Shown here in pieces: positions 9,893 to 18,023 of a DNA stretch of 61,901 nucleotides. Source of the DNA: a virus (taxonomy: Duplodnaviria > Caudoviricetes); IMG/VR virus record IMGVR_UViG_3300046171_000186, positions 1 to 61,901 of that record; one strand, 5' to 3'. A program made the position numbers and the translations under genes. The notes under the pieces were generated by a model that was given only the letters and a program-made list of their open reading frames with translations, made no database searches and was not told the origin of the DNA. How positions within the stretch are numbered: the stretch's first letter is position 1; each line of letters opens with the position of its first letter.

Positions 9893-10303
9893 TTAAACGA
9901 CAGGGGGAGAAGAATTTTTCAGAAGGTTGAACGTGATGGTCAACCAACCACCCTCTGCCCAATCGACATCTGCGGTCCACTCGTTATGCAGTGGCCTGAT
10001 CTCTCCACCTACGAAGGTAAGATCCAGATCCTCCTCTCTACCCTCGAACAACTCGAAGGCTTGTTCGCTAGTGATCTTCGTGTAGTACTCAGATTCAAGG
10101 TTCAGCACACTTTCGTCCGGAGAACCGCTTGCAAGTGCCTGATCTTTCCTAAACAAACCTGTGGTTCCATTTAATGCATTAAATTGTGTCGATGCTAGGG
10201 ACTCCTTAGTACGATGAACGATCATTGCCAGTTCGATAACCTGACAGTATTCAATCAGATTACGAAGACTAGCTACTGGCTGTTGTTTGTTTTTCTTTTC
10301 CAT
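9893..10303 (-). CDS. Hypothetical protein
   Basis: 136 aa, GAGG RBS. Confidence 0.6.
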   Translation of the reverse strand: MEKKNKQQPVASLRNLIEYCQVIELAMIVHRTKESLASTQFNALNGTTGLFRKDQALASGSPDESVLNLESEYYTKITSEQAFELFEGREEDLDLTFVGGEIRPLHNEWTADVDWAEGGWLTITFNLLKNSSPPVV

Positions 10304-10451
10304 AAAGCCTCAAAAGGATGGAGGGCACCAACGATGACCAACGGAATTGCTGGTCCATCTTGACCTCCTACAGTCAGGTGCCCTGAGATGCCAACCGATG
10401 CTGGTAGGTTGACATCTTCGGACACCCCGACAGTCTCGGGGTGTGTTAAGG

Positions 10452-11447
10452 TTATGCGGCTAACTCAAGAGCCAGATCGTAGGCACGTTGGGACATCTGT
10501 GAACCAAGGCCACAGACAGACTTCTCGAACCTTGATTGGTCGGACTTGGTTGGGCTGTCGTGGGTGACGTGGTGGGTCACCGCATTGAATGCATGGTACA
10601 AAGAACCGTGTACCTTGGACGGAGACAGCTTCTCTTCATCAGCGTGAGCTTGGAACAACCATTCCAGCTTGCGCTTGCCCTCTGCCATTTGCTTCTCGTA
10701 GGCTTCTTCGTCTTCGACGATAGCCTTCGGATCTCTGAAGGGTAGCTTTAACACGTTGCGGAAGTAGTTCTCCAGACCCAGAGCACTGACAGGCTTCCGG
10801 GCAAGCTTCTTGAGGTGTGACTCGGAGTCAGTGAAACCTTTCAAAGCTTCGGCTGTCACGGCACCGATAGTGTCCAACACCTCGTGGGCACCCCGACGAT
10901 GCTTGATGCGGAGGGTGTGGTTCTTACTCTCCCGGTTGATCAGGGGGAACATGTTCGTACAGGCCAACCGTGTAGAGAATGCCTTGATCTCGATAGCCGT
11001 GTTGCCATCGTGCCCGTGGCGTAGCATGATGTACGGTCGATGCTCGTCACCCTTGACTACGTTGATCGGCTTGACATTGTCGACGTTGGCGACGATGAAC
11101 ATGTTGCGCCCACCCCGGAAGATCCCGGCACAGTCGATGGAAGCACCAGCATCGAAGATCGGGCGGAAGAACTCCAGAGCCTCCCGGTTCTGGACCACTT
11201 GGTAGCGTTTGGATACCAGCCCAAGGTGTTGCCCGGTATCGTCACGAGTGACGACCCGGGAGTCGAAGACAGGTTTGCCTGTGGGGTCGAAGACCTCTAG
11301 CTTGGAGACTTCCCAATTCAGATTGGGATCTTCCAGCAGGTCGTCGATCTGGCACCCCGGCTTGATTGCTGCGAGGGTGTCGTCCTGCAAGGGACTATGT
11401 TTTGCGGTAGCGATGGAGTAGTCTGTTCCCATGATTGCTTCTGGCAT
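10452..11447 (-). CDS. DUF932/DUF945-family phage/plasmid protein
   Basis: LNWEV, RDDT..LG.VS.RY.VVQN.EA, HGHDG, RLACTN, IKH, GSLYHAFNAVT. Confidence 0.85.
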   Translation of the reverse strand: MPEAIMGTDYSIATAKHSPLQDDTLAAIKPGCQIDDLLEDPNLNWEVSKLEVFDPTGKPVFDSRVVTRDDTGQHLGLVSKRYQVVQNREALEFFRPIFDAGASIDCAGIFRGGRNMFIVANVDNVKPINVVKGDEHRPYIMLRHGHDGNTAIEIKAFSTRLACTNMFPLINRESKNHTLRIKHRRGAHEVLDTIGAVTAEALKGFTDSESHLKKLARKPVSALGLENYFRNVLKLPFRDPKAIVEDEEAYEKQMAEGKRKLEWLFQAHADEEKLSPSKVHGSLYHAFNAVTHHVTHDSPTKSDQSRFEKSVCGLGSQMSQRAYDLALELAA

Positions 11448-11507
11448 GATATATCTCGATAAGGTTGTGGTGAGGGAAGCCAGTCAGTGACCGGACTTAT
11501 ACCCTCA

Positions 11508-11535
11508 AAAGTATCGACATCTCGTGAGATGTCAA
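11508..11535 (-). promoter_or_regulatory. Promoter with an overlapping palindromic operator
   Basis: TTGACA-N16-TACTTT, overlapped by palindrome GACATCTC-N2-GAGATGTC. Confidence 0.55.
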
Positions 11536-11551
11536 TCTAAAAAGTAGAGGG

Positions 11552-11680
11552 TCAAAACATCTTGAACACTTTAGTCCAGAAGGCTATTGCGTCAAGGATC
11601 AACGGGCAGAGTAGCAGGAAGCTGATCGAGGTCAGCAGGATGAACAGGGAGAACCGAAGGATCGAGTCGAGTACTAGCAT
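11552..11680 (-). CDS. 42-aa hydrophobic membrane peptide
   Basis: MLVLDSILRFSLFILLTSISFLLLCPLILDAIAFWTKVFKMF*, directly after the stop of the 11687 ORF. Confidence 0.5.
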   Translation of the reverse strand: MLVLDSILRFSLFILLTSISFLLLCPLILDAIAFWTKVFKMF

Positions 11681-11686
11681 AGAACC

Positions 11687-11908
11687 CTAAAAGATGAGGG
11701 TGGAGATATTACAGTCTTTGAAGACATCCCAAAGACGTTTCGCCTGTTTGTAGTTGAGCTTGATCCCGTGATCTTTGTAAACCTGTTGAAGTTCGTCAAC
11801 CTGTGGGGGTTGTTTGTTATTATAATTGTGGAAGTAGCCCTTCATATTCATGACCGATCTTTTTCTGCCTGACGAAGGGGGTCGCTTCTTTTCAAATTTA
11901 TGTCGCAT
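11687..11908 (-). CDS. Hypothetical protein
   Basis: RBS AGGAG, 73 aa. Confidence 0.55.
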   Translation of the reverse strand: MRHKFEKKRPPSSGRKRSVMNMKGYFHNYNNKQPPQVDELQQVYKDHGIKLNYKQAKRLWDVFKDCNISTLIF

Positions 11909-11917
11909 TGGATCTCC

Positions 11918-12703
11918 TTAGTTGTAGGTGAGGCGAGGAGCATTCGACGTGCTCCCCACTTGGTTGTTGAGGCTGATCTTGTCACCAGCCTGTTTGCCAG
12001 CAGAGAACCCGTTCATGCTGGAGGGACCACTGGCACGGTTTGATGTTATCTTCATGTCTCGCATGAAGTCTTGGATGGCAGCTTCCTGTTGTTGCCGGGC
12101 TGTTTGGACCGTCAAAGCAGTGATGTGCTCCCCGGTCGATGACTCCATGCCTTGCTGGTCCCGGGTAGTAGCGATCTCTTCCATCCGATCACGAAGCCGA
12201 ACAGCCGCACCGTAGCGGAAAGAGTTGCGGTACTTCGTCCAGTAGCCTCGTTCCTCGAACCCGGTAGAGTTCCACTTCTTTTGGTAGCGGAGGTCATTCT
12301 TGGCCTGTCGTTCGATGGCTTCGATCAGGTACTCGAGCATCGAGTGGGACACTTCCACCTGTGATGGTTTGCCTACGAAGACCATCCCGGTTTGCCGGGA
12401 GAACTTGGTGCGATACGGGGAATCGCTGATGTTTTCGTATTGCGTTTCAAAGTAGGACTCACACATGTTCAGCTTACTGATGCCGTAGGCCAACGCACCA
12501 TGCCAGTGGTTCAGCTTGGCAGCGTAGACTTTACGGAGTTCTGTGACTTTCTGGGAGTCGTCATCAGTGACGATGTCTGCCTCCAGTAGCCCGTGCTCGA
12601 GCATCAGTCGGGAAGCTTTCTCCGCTGCAGCGGCAGCTTCGGCTTCGTTGGGGTTGTTGCCAGCGAGGTTTAAGAGTTTGCGTACACGGTCTTTGACATT
12701 CAT
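11918..12703 (-). CDS. DUF2786-containing protein
   Basis: RVRKLLNLA..NPNEAEAAAA.EKA.RLMLEHGL, RNSFRYG, G..AG..ISLN.QV. Confidence 0.85.
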   Translation of the reverse strand: MNVKDRVRKLLNLAGNNPNEAEAAAAAEKASRLMLEHGLLEADIVTDDDSQKVTELRKVYAAKLNHWHGALAYGISKLNMCESYFETQYENISDSPYRTKFSRQTGMVFVGKPSQVEVSHSMLEYLIEAIERQAKNDLRYQKKWNSTGFEERGYWTKYRNSFRYGAAVRLRDRMEEIATTRDQQGMESSTGEHITALTVQTARQQQEAAIQDFMRDMKITSNRASGPSSMNGFSAGKQAGDKISLNNQVGSTSNAPRLTYN

Positions 12704-13041
12704 TGTGCCTCTTGAGATTGGTAGGTTGCTTTGCGTTGGTAACGTCTCAGGTCTTCCCGGCTGATCTGCTTGTAGCCGAACTTCGTGCTGAGACGTTCAA
12801 GGATTGGTTTGGCGTTGTCACGAGTAGCTGCCCCGGCCCAATTGCCTTCGACAACTATCGTCTTGCTGTACTCGTCAAAGAAGACGGTGCCAGCAGAGTC
12901 ACCGTTCCAGTTCTTTCCACCGTTTAATCGGGGTAGATCTATGTAGATCCTGCCCCGGCCTTTGCCTTGTTTAGTCCAGACGTGACACCGTTCGACTCCG
13001 TCTGTCTCTTCAAGTTCAAAGGCTAGCTTGTCTAGGTTCAT
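12700..13041 (-). CDS. Hypothetical early protein
   Basis: RBS GAGGA; ATGA overlap with the DUF2786 gene. Confidence 0.65.
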   Translation of the reverse strand: MNLDKLAFELEETDGVERCHVWTKQGKGRGRIYIDLPRLNGGKNWNGDSAGTVFFDEYSKTIVVEGNWAGAATRDNAKPILERLSTKFGYKQISREDLRRYQRKATYQSQEAQ

Positions 13042-13065
13042 CGGTCCTCATCTGTTGGGGTTACG

Positions 13066-13254
13066 TCAGGATAATGATCGAAACTCGGGAAGTCGTAGCT
13101 TCGGCTTTCGAGGGTATCGGCAAGCCACCAGAGGAATACCCCGGCACCCATACCCGTCAGGAAAATCAGGATCATTGGTATCAATTCCATTTGAGCCTCT
13201 AAAAAAGATGATAATGGAGAGCATCCCCCCGGAGGGGGATCGAGTGTTTACCAA
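13066..13254 (-). CDS. Possible small hypothetical protein (frame uncertain)
   Basis: Fills a gap in the early operon; weak support. Confidence 0.3.
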   Translation of the reverse strand: MVNTRSPSGGMLSIIIFFRGSNGIDTNDPDFPDGYGCRGIPLVACRYPRKPKLRLPEFRSLS

Positions 13255-13451
13255 GTACCACTCAGTAAACGAAGGTTGCGGTGGGCAAACTCGAGGTTAC
13301 CCATCATTCGACGTGTGTAGTCCACGTCGAAATCCTGCCCTGCTTCCCACCTCGCCTTCCGTTCGGTCAGGTGGGCCACAAGGTCTTGGGCCTGACGAAT
13401 TGCTTCGTCGAAGTCCTCCCGGTCAACCCGGGAGTCACGTTGTACTGACAT
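13248..13451 (-). CDS. Hypothetical protein (67 aa)
   Basis: Strong RBS AGGAGGA before ATG 13451, MSVQRDSRVDREDF... Confidence 0.65.
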   Translation of the reverse strand: MSVQRDSRVDREDFDEAIRQAQDLVAHLTERKARWEAGQDFDVDYTRRMMGNLEFAHRNLRLLSGTW

Positions 13452-13461
13452 AATCCTCCTG

Positions 13462-13854
13462 TCAGGTGTTGTTGGGGTAGAAGTCGATGTCCGTGTCGGG
13501 GTTCTGCTGATCAAGCTGATCAGGGAACTCTTCACGATCATCGTAGGGGGGTTGGTTATCATCATCAGCGTAGGCAGATTCGATCTGCTCCCCACAGTGA
13601 CAACAGTAAAGGTCAGTGTCCTCGTAGTTAATCTCTACACCTACGAGTCTCCAATCGTCACCCATGTCCGCCCCATCAACATGTTCAGCTTCGGACTCAG
13701 CACAGTGGTGACAAAGAGCCTCACCGTCTGCTAGCACGGCATACTTGGGGTAACCTCCGGGCCAAGCATAGGGATTCTTGACGAGGTCTTGACGCAATTC
13801 GATGGGGGTCTGTAGGGTCAGACCGTGGGTGGTGCGGTGTGGTAGTGTGTGCAT
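13462..13854 (-). CDS. Hypothetical Zn-ribbon protein
   Basis: YAWPGGYP, CHHC and CCHCG motifs; RBS GAGG. Confidence 0.75.
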   Translation of the reverse strand: MHTLPHRTTHGLTLQTPIELRQDLVKNPYAWPGGYPKYAVLADGEALCHHCAESEAEHVDGADMGDDWRLVGVEINYEDTDLYCCHCGEQIESAYADDDNQPPYDDREEFPDQLDQQNPDTDIDFYPNNT

Positions 13855-13863
13855 GGTTCCTCT

Positions 13864-14058
13864 TTAAGATTGTTGGTTAAGAATGGCGAGGTCTTCCTCA
13901 GACCCCTCTACCCATGCATCGTCACCATCGACGTGTAGGGTGTAGTCGCAGGAGATGCCACCGATCTGGAGGTGATAATAATCACACCCTGTGCTGACGG
14001 TGCGGTCGCAGTATCGGTCTAAGAACTTGATGATCTTTTGGGTGGCTTCGATAGTCAT
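13864..14058 (-). CDS. Hypothetical protein
   Basis: TAAGAGGCACCAATG junction. Confidence 0.6.
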   Translation of the reverse strand: MTIEATQKIIKFLDRYCDRTVSTGCDYYHLQIGGISCDYTLHVDGDDAWVEGSEEDLAILNQQS

Positions 14059-14067
14059 TGGTGCCTC

Positions 14068-14295
14068 TTAGTCTTGGTTACGTTGATCGTAAGAACGAAG
14101 AATGGTTTGCACTCTACGCTCTTCAATGGGGATAGTGGTGAACATGGAAGGACTGTAGTTGGTCTTGGGGTGGTAGCGTTCCAGTTCCCAAGAGCCATTG
14201 CCTGTATGGTATAATTTGATCTGCACCAAGGATTGGGCAGATGGTAACTCGATAGATGAGAAACTAGCTTTTCGCATGATGTCGAAGGTAGACAT
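14068..14295 (-). CDS. Hypothetical protein
   Basis: RBS GGAGG. Confidence 0.6.
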   Translation of the reverse strand: MSTFDIMRKASFSSIELPSAQSLVQIKLYHTGNGSWELERYHPKTNYSPSMFTTIPIEERRVQTILRSYDQRNQD

Positions 14296-14357
14296 AGAGC
14301 CTCCAAAGAAGTAAGAGTGTTGCAGGGTCTGGGAAGTATTGAGACCCTGCAGGGTTG

Positions 14358-14708
14358 TCAGATCAAGTAAAGCTCACCATTGACGATGATGGCAATCGAC
14401 TCCTGACGCATTCGGTCACGCATGTTTTCAGCGTACTGAATCACGTCTTGGATGTGCCCCTCCAACCCATCACTGGTGCAGTAGGAGATGACTTGGGTCA
14501 CAGCTTCCTTAACCAGACCAGCCTCTTGGGATACCCAAGTGCCCACGCAATTGCTTGCTGTGGCACCGTTGAAGAGTCGGCCCATGAATTCGAGGCAATC
14601 GTCGACGATTGCAGAGTTGTCGACGTGCTGGTTTACTTCGGTGGTCGAAGGGACCAACACGGCAACGTGGCAGGATAAACGAATCAGGTTTTTCAGTGAC
14701 TTTGGCAT
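14358..14708 (-). CDS. Hypothetical protein
   Basis: RBS GGAGG; VAVLVPST..LFNGAT..GTW..GLVKE..QESIAI. Confidence 0.7.
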   Translation of the reverse strand: MPKSLKNLIRLSCHVAVLVPSTTEVNQHVDNSAIVDDCLEFMGRLFNGATASNCVGTWVSQEAGLVKEAVTQVISYCTSDGLEGHIQDVIQYAENMRDRMRQESIAIIVNGELYLI

Positions 14709-14761
14709 ATGCCTCCAGAAATAAGAGATTGAAAGACCCCGGAAGTATCGGGGTCAGTAAT

Positions 14762-15157
14762 TTAAAAGATAAAGCCTACATAGACTTCAGTGGTCCCGTC
14801 TTGGGAGATAGCGTTGCGTTGCCCGTCAGTGTAGCTGATGAGGGTGTACGCATGACCACCCCGATCATACTCGCCACGAACCCAGACGGGTCCGTTGGGC
14901 TTGAGCCTGACGGGTGTACCTTTTTTAACCTTGGACAGTGGCTTGAGCTTACCGAAGTCAGGTGTCAACAGTGATGCCTTCGGTTCAGGGACCAGATTGC
15001 CCTTCACCAGCACGGGGAGGTTGCGGCCTCCCTTATCGATAACCACGGGTGCCTCGTGGTCCCGGGTCAATATGCTGTAGGATTCACCTTTGCAGAATTC
15101 AAATGAATATCCTGCAACTTTTGCGATGCTGATTAGGCGTTGTACTGCTGAATGCAT
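14762..15157 (-). CDS. Hypothetical protein
   Basis: TAATG-coupled; VWVRGEYDR. Confidence 0.65.
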   Translation of the reverse strand: MHSAVQRLISIAKVAGYSFEFCKGESYSILTRDHEAPVVIDKGGRNLPVLVKGNLVPEPKASLLTPDFGKLKPLSKVKKGTPVRLKPNGPVWVRGEYDRGGHAYTLISYTDGQRNAISQDGTTEVYVGFIF

Positions 15158-15465
15158 TATGCCTCCAGATCGATGATGGTTGACGTGACGGTGTTCAGTG
15201 CAGCATCGTGCTCCAGAACCTCGTGATAGATCTCAGTATTAACAGTATACTGAGTTGCACCCTCGTAACGGAAGGTGCTGACGGTGATCTTATATCGAAC
15301 GGGGGAACTAAAGTGTTCCACCCAGATGCCCCAAGTGCGTTCACGGTTGTGAAAGTGGAGCATGCCCTTACCGAATAGCCGAATTTGGATATTCTGGATG
15401 GAAGAGACGATGCTGTCGTTATTTTTAACAGCATCGACAAAGCTTTTGACTATGTTCTCGTTCAT
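15157..15465 (-). CDS. Hypothetical protein, first gene of the early operon
   Basis: TAAGAGGCACCAATG start. Confidence 0.65.
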   Translation of the reverse strand: MNENIVKSFVDAVKNNDSIVSSIQNIQIRLFGKGMLHFHNRERTWGIWVEHFSSPVRYKITVSTFRYEGATQYTVNTEIYHEVLEHDAALNTVTSTIIDLEA

Positions 15466-15539
15466 TGGTGCCTCTTATGATTGGTGATCTAGGATGTTGA
15501 CTTAATAGACTATCTAAAGAAATCAACATCGACGATCAC

Positions 15540-15820
15540 CCACTGGCAACCGGATTGACCGGGACGATCAGTATTACGCCAGTGCCTTGAATCGTGCGCT
15601 TATAGGGTAGGGTCTGGCATCTTCTCCTGACCGTACCTTGGGGACCCGTGATCTGGTGATCATCGGGAAGCGTTTTCCGGAATCCTGTCTTCGTCTCTGA
15701 TCGACTAGTTACCAGTGATGTGGCGCAGGTCCGTTTGATTGTCGTGCCGGGCCAACCGGGTTGGTCGGGCTTACCGGGGGGAAGATCGAAGTGGCTGGTC
15801 ACCCTGATCGGTGCCAGTGG
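15540..15820 (-). ncRNA. Putative ~280-nt structured leader RNA
   Basis: Complementary ends (CCACTGGCA/TGCCAGTGG plus extended irregular pairing) and several internal stems; starts just after a promoter. Confidence 0.55.
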
Positions 15821-15825
15821 CAACA

Positions 15826-15855
15826 AACCTATCAGCAATCTGTTTTGACTGTCAA
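15826..15855 (-). promoter_or_regulatory. Major early promoter
   Basis: A-tract (UP-like), then TTGACA-N18-TAGGTT with an extended -10 TG; TTGACAGTCAA palindrome. Confidence 0.6.
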
Positions 15856-16094
15856 TACTTTTTTTAAGAATAATTGACATTATTTTGTTGATGCCGCTTG
15901 TTTACTGGTTTGCAGAGGATAATTTTTTTTTGACTCAGGTCTTAATTGTAGGGGTGAGATGATAATTCTGGGGAGGATCTGAAGGAGGTAGATTTGATCT
16001 TTCCAGCTACATCAAACTGATCTTGAGGTAGGCTAATCTGACTAGTAGGTAGCTGATGCTGCGGCTCTTTCTCCCTTTATAGTAGGGGTATGGG

Positions 16095-16440
16095 AATCCA
16101 CGGTACCAGTAAGATATCTCTAAGTAATTGATTTACTTTATTAAATTAGATCAAGAAAGCTACTGGTACTCTCTGGTACCATAATTGGACCATGAAGATT
16201 TTCTATAAGTATCTAATATTATTATATATTCTTCTGGTACCATTGGTCTCGCAGTAAAAAAAGTATTCTGAAAATATATAAGAGAGACATATATGTTACT
16301 ACTCTATAGCTATATATAGAAAATAGTTTATAACAGCAGTCCAATGGTACCAACCATTATAGTCAACAATAATAGTGCTTTAATCCTTTTTCGTCATGGT
16401 CCAATCATGGTCCACGATGGTACCAGAGCGTCCACAACTA
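16095..16440. other. Putative replication origin (iterons around an AT-rich core, IHF-consensus site)
   Basis: Many TGGTACC/TGGTCC/TGGACC repeats in inverted arrangement around an AT-rich TATA-repeat core; AATCAATTACTTA on the minus strand at 16121-16133; lies at the strand switch. Confidence 0.6.
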
Positions 16441-16589
16441 CAAATGAAAAGGAAGGAAAGACAATAAAGTCTACTTTAAACGCAATCTTGTAACGTCATA
16501 AGTCTCACTTAAAGTTAAGGGACATTGCCTTGAGAGTTATCCCTAATCTGGTAAGCTTAGAGATCAATTCAACCCTACTCTGAAGGCAT

Positions 16590-17285
16590 ATGACAGAATC
16601 ACTTCCAGACCTAGCTGAATTACGAATCGACCTACCCTTCCCGGTATCCCTAAACACCTACTACAAAAAGTTTCGTAATCGGCTAACGATCAGTGAAGAC
16701 GGACGACAGTTCAGGGATCGAGTGATCAAGATCATTCAGAATAGGACTAAGGGTCATCGGTTTAACGATAGTGCCCGGCTGTCGTTGAGCGTTCGACTAG
16801 TTACTCCAGATAGACGAAAGAGGGACCTAGATAATTTTTGTGGCAAGGCTCTTCAAGATGCACTGCAGCACTCTGGGCTGTTTAAAGATGATTCCCAGAT
16901 CGACCACTGCAATTACATCAGGGGTGAAGTAGATAAAGACGACCCAAGGGTCGAGGTTTATCTTGTCGATCTTGGCACGACAACGGTCGAAGTTAAACAA
17001 GATGATGATGAACGTATAGAGATACCCTCTGACGCTATTTATGTGGCTATGGGGAAGCTTGCGGAAGTACTACTCGAGAAGGCACCTAGAGACCTGATGG
17101 CGTATGATGAAGCAACACATGATCCAGAGTTCCCTAGAAATGAATTCTTGGCCTTCATGCAGCTAAACGAGCAGTTCGAGAACAGCATCTACGATGAAGA
17201 GGAGAACCCCCTTGGTCTGGGTTTAGAGCCTGTAAAGAAATTACATGAACAGTGGAGAGAGATGCACGAGCAGAGTCTGAACTAA
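16590..17285 (+). CDS. rusA: RusA-family Holliday junction resolvase with an acidic C-terminal extension
   Basis: LPFPVSLN.YY, PDRRKRDLDN..KALQDAL..G..KDDSQID. Confidence 0.88.
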   Translation: MTESLPDLAELRIDLPFPVSLNTYYKKFRNRLTISEDGRQFRDRVIKIIQNRTKGHRFNDSARLSLSVRLVTPDRRKRDLDNFCGKALQDALQHSGLFKDDSQIDHCNYIRGEVDKDDPRVEVYLVDLGTTTVEVKQDDDERIEIPSDAIYVAMGKLAEVLLEKAPRDLMAYDEATHDPEFPRNEFLAFMQLNEQFENSIYDEEENPLGLGLEPVKKLHEQWREMHEQSLN

Positions 17286-17494
17286 TGGATTCAGTAACGA
17301 AGTCTGTGCTGGATAAATATCTGGACAGAGCAGTAGCCGGGAAGAATAAGTACGGTACTGACATGGACAGAAACGATCTGAATGTAGTGCAGTGGCTACA
17401 GCATCTACAGGAAGAAATGATGGACGCAACCCTTTACGTTGAAAAACTATTACAAGAACAGGAGAAGCATGAGCGAGTTTACAAAGTCAATTAA
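17285..17494 (+). CDS. Small all-alpha NTP pyrophosphohydrolase (MazG-like) protein
   Basis: R...G..KYG..MDRNDL...WL.HLQEEMMDA.LY. Confidence 0.65.
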   Translation: MDSVTKSVLDKYLDRAVAGKNKYGTDMDRNDLNVVQWLQHLQEEMMDATLYVEKLLQEQEKHERVYKVN

Positions 17495-17675
17495 CGATGA
17501 AGGAATGGAGATGATGAACCGCATGTGGCAATTGTTTCAGCCTTTAAATAACATGTGGCAACGGGTTCTAAAAGATCCATCGAAGAAGGAGAACTATTTC
17601 TGGACTGACGATGAAGTGCTGGTGATTAAGCACACCGCAGAAAGCTTTCTGTCCGGAGATAAGTCGGGAAACTAA
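17469..17675 (+). CDS. Hypothetical protein
   Basis: RBS AGGAG before ATG 17469. Confidence 0.55.
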   Translation: MSEFTKSINDEGMEMMNRMWQLFQPLNNMWQRVLKDPSKKENYFWTDDEVLVIKHTAESFLSGDKSGN

Positions 17676-17710
17676 ACAAGGCTGGAATAGCTAGATCTTG
17701 GGAACGCTTA

Positions 17711-18019
17711 GTGGCTTTGTGTGAACATATCGCAGAGCCACACTTCACTACTCTGGAAACTGCCGAATTGCTTGGTATTGAGAGACGTACAGTAGACTAT
17801 TGGATTCACAACAAAAAGCTTCCAGTAAGGTGGATCGAAGGACGTAATTACGTTCGCCTTTGTGATTTAGAAAAGATTCTTTATGAAGGGTCAGCAAGTG
17901 TCGAAAGAGAAAAGAACAGACGGTTAAAAGATTCTGCTAGTTTAAAAAAACATCGTGCTCCCCCAACACACAAAAAGCTCAAGACAGCAAGTAATTCCAG
18001 CTACCACAAAAGTACCTGA
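17711..18019 (+). CDS. Excisionase-like HTH_17 DNA-binding protein
   Basis: FTTLETAELLGIERRTVDYWIHNKKLP. Confidence 0.75.
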   Translation: MALCEHIAEPHFTTLETAELLGIERRTVDYWIHNKKLPVRWIEGRNYVRLCDLEKILYEGSASVEREKNRRLKDSASLKKHRAPPTHKKLKTASNSSYHKST

Positions 18020-18023
18020 GACC

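Noticed and set aside
15536-15880. 114-aa minus-strand ORF
   Set aside because: It starts upstream of the promoter, has no RBS and an atypical composition; RNA structure explains the region better
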